Shown here one piece after another: positions 62,861 to 64,000 of a DNA stretch of 64,000 nt. Each line of letters starts with the position of its first letter. Within the stretch, counting starts at the first letter, position 1. Made by a program: the position numbers and the translations under genes. Origin of the DNA: a virus (lineage: Duplodnaviria > Caudoviricetes). Location of the stretch: positions 4,365 to 68,364 of the IMG/VR virus record IMGVR_UViG_3300049712_000011, one strand, 5' to 3'. The notes below the pieces were generated by a model. The model ran no database searches. It worked only from the letters and a program-made list of their open reading frames with translations, and was not told the DNA's origin.

Positions 62861-63166
62861 ATGAAAACAATCAGTCTTAATCCAAAAAAGAATCCAGCTG
62901 TTCGTCGTAAGGCTCTGCGTAAAAAGGCAGGCCTTACAGGTCCAGTTACCTTGAAGGCTTGGCGTGGCGTCCCTTCTCGAAATGTACGACACAACAAGTA
63001 TGTGTTCGTTGAAGGAAAGTGCTACAACATTGCAAAGATAACTGCTGACGTAGAAGCTAAACTTCGCGAAGCAGAAAAGAATCAAGTTGCCGCTGAGGTT
63101 TCCAGTAAGGAAGAGACTCAGCCTACCTTGACTGTGGAGTCAGTTAAAGAAGGTCTGACACAATAA
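62861..63166 (+). CDS. basic hypothetical protein
   Basis: Arg/Lys-rich N-terminus, acidic tail. Confidence 0.6.
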   Translation: MKTISLNPKKNPAVRRKALRKKAGLTGPVTLKAWRGVPSRNVRHNKYVFVEGKCYNIAKITADVEAKLREAEKNQVAAEVSSKEETQPTLTVESVKEGLTQ

Positions 63167-63172
63167 TTTAGT

Positions 63173-63248
63173 GGGACGTTAGTTCAGTGGTTTAGAATAC
63201 TGCCCTGTCACGGCAGAGACACGGGTTCGACTCCCGTACGTCCCGCCA
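63173..63248 (+). tRNA. trnD: tRNA-Asp(GTC)
   Basis: Canonical cloverleaf, G73, CCA. Confidence 0.95.
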
Positions 63249-63252
63249 CCTT

Positions 63253-63465
63253 ATGGCTAACACAAGTAAACACGCGTGTCCTAGATGTAGCCACAGTAGA
63301 GAGAACAAGATTATTTCAGAATGTACGAAGTGCGAGGAAGCACATCGGCATATGGAGTGCTCCAACTGTGGTTACAATTGGAATGAATGGATAAAGCATG
63401 AAACTAGTGATATCAAAATCAGAAGTGCTGGAAATACTTCGCAAGAGCCTGAACCTTCCAGTTGA
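63253..63465 (+). CDS. Zn-ribbon protein
   Basis: CPRC, CTKC, CSNCGYNW. Confidence 0.55.
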   Translation: MANTSKHACPRCSHSRENKIISECTKCEEAHRHMECSNCGYNWNEWIKHETSDIKIRSAGNTSQEPEPSS

Positions 63466-63712
63466 CGTTAACATAGAGTTAGAAGTCTCCCAGAATGCCG
63501 AGCTCAGCTACGGTGACTCTGTACTTATCCAGGAGATCGACAAACTGGATTGGAGATACAGTGCGAAAATTACTGCAATTAAGAAACTCCGTGAGTATAC
63601 TAATTGTAGTCTGTTCGATGGTAAGACTGCCATTGAGAATTGGCCTACGTTCAAAGAATTTGCCAAGTCCCAAGGTCGATTTCCTAAACTAGGAGTCGAG
63701 AAGTTCATCTAA
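63398..63712 (+). CDS. protein with a ribosomal bL12 C-terminal-like domain
   Basis: KITAIKKLREYTNCSLFDGKTAIE resembles KIxVIKxVRExTGLGLKEAKxxVE. Confidence 0.65.
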   Translation: MKLVISKSEVLEILRKSLNLPVDVNIELEVSQNAELSYGDSVLIQEIDKLDWRYSAKITAIKKLREYTNCSLFDGKTAIENWPTFKEFAKSQGRFPKLGVEKFI

Positions 63713-63718
63713 ACTAAT

Positions 63719-63796
63719 CCGAGTGTAGCACAGTTTGGCTAGTGCGCCTGCTTTGGGAGCAGGAGGTCGCAGGTTCAAATCCTGCCACTCGGACCA
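63719..63796 (+). tRNA. trnP: tRNA-Pro(TGG)
   Basis: Canonical cloverleaf, CCA. Confidence 0.95.
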
Positions 63797-63802
63797 CAAA
63801 TT

Positions 63803-64000
63803 ATGAATAAGCTCACATATTGGTTTGAAGACTGGTGCGATTGGTTGTTGGAACAGCCTCGATGGATCTGCACCACAATGAGTTTTCTTGCAGGGTTGAC
63901 TATTAAACAAATGGTCACTACACAGTGCTGGTGGTGGTTATTCCTGACCATCCCACTCCTCATCCCCTTGACTACAGGGCTTTGCGCCATAGTGTATTAT
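63803..64000 (+). CDS. membrane protein (partial, runs off the window)
   Basis: Trp-rich hydrophobic ORF from ATG 63803. Confidence 0.45.
   Translation, partial: MNKLTYWFEDWCDWLLEQPRWICTTMSFLAGLTIKQMVTTQCWWWLFLTIPLLIPLTTGLCAIVYY

Noticed and set aside
1-64000. CRISPR array, reverse transcriptase/DGR, integrase or IS element
   Set aside because: No regularly spaced repeats, no RT (YxDD) ORF and no transposase or recombinase motifs were seen by eye.
1-64000. Alternative genetic code (stop codon reassignment)
   Set aside because: Known enzymes are full-length in the standard code and no suppressor tRNA (CTA/TCA anticodon) was found; the TAA-centred loop at about 60366 would read Leu, not a stop.

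Overview
This 64 kb window looks like part of a large (jumbo-type) tailed dsDNA bacteriophage genome read in the standard code. Genes are dense and mostly on the + strand, there are sigma70-like promoters, and many starts lack a Shine-Dalgarno sequence. In order, the modules are: (1-13 kb) probable virion/head-internal proteins, an HUH endonuclease, two widely separated pieces of an RNA polymerase beta subunit, a TM-PAS protein and a Cys-rich repeat protein; (13-22 kb) nucleotide and NAD metabolism (dCMP deaminase, MazG, class II RNR, Tmk, ThyX, NadM-Nudix, NAMPT); (23-27 kb) structural genes, an interrupted tRNA-Arg, two ncRNA candidates and the large terminase; (28-32 kb) a Ycf46-like AAA ATPase/DUF1257/DUF2997 module; (32-46 kb) replication and recombination genes (SbcD/C, SF2 helicase, primase, DnaB-like helicase, UDG-PolA); (46-51 kb) a putative phage ubiquitin-like conjugation operon (Ubl ending GG-C, large unknown protein, JAB protease, E1/ThiF); (51-55 kb) SSB, RecA, resolvase and glycosylase; (55-64 kb) a tRNA region with an RNA ligase, a minimal RNase P RNA lacking most of the S-domain, canonical tRNAs and several tRNA mimics or atypical tRNAs. 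The strongest novelty candidates are the Ubl/E1/JAB operon and the RNA toolkit (mini RNase P, permuted tRNA-like RNA, anticodon-less Ala-type tRNA, T-stem-interrupted tRNA-Arg). All family calls come from motif recognition by eye and all RNA structures from manual base-pairing; no database search or folding program was run.
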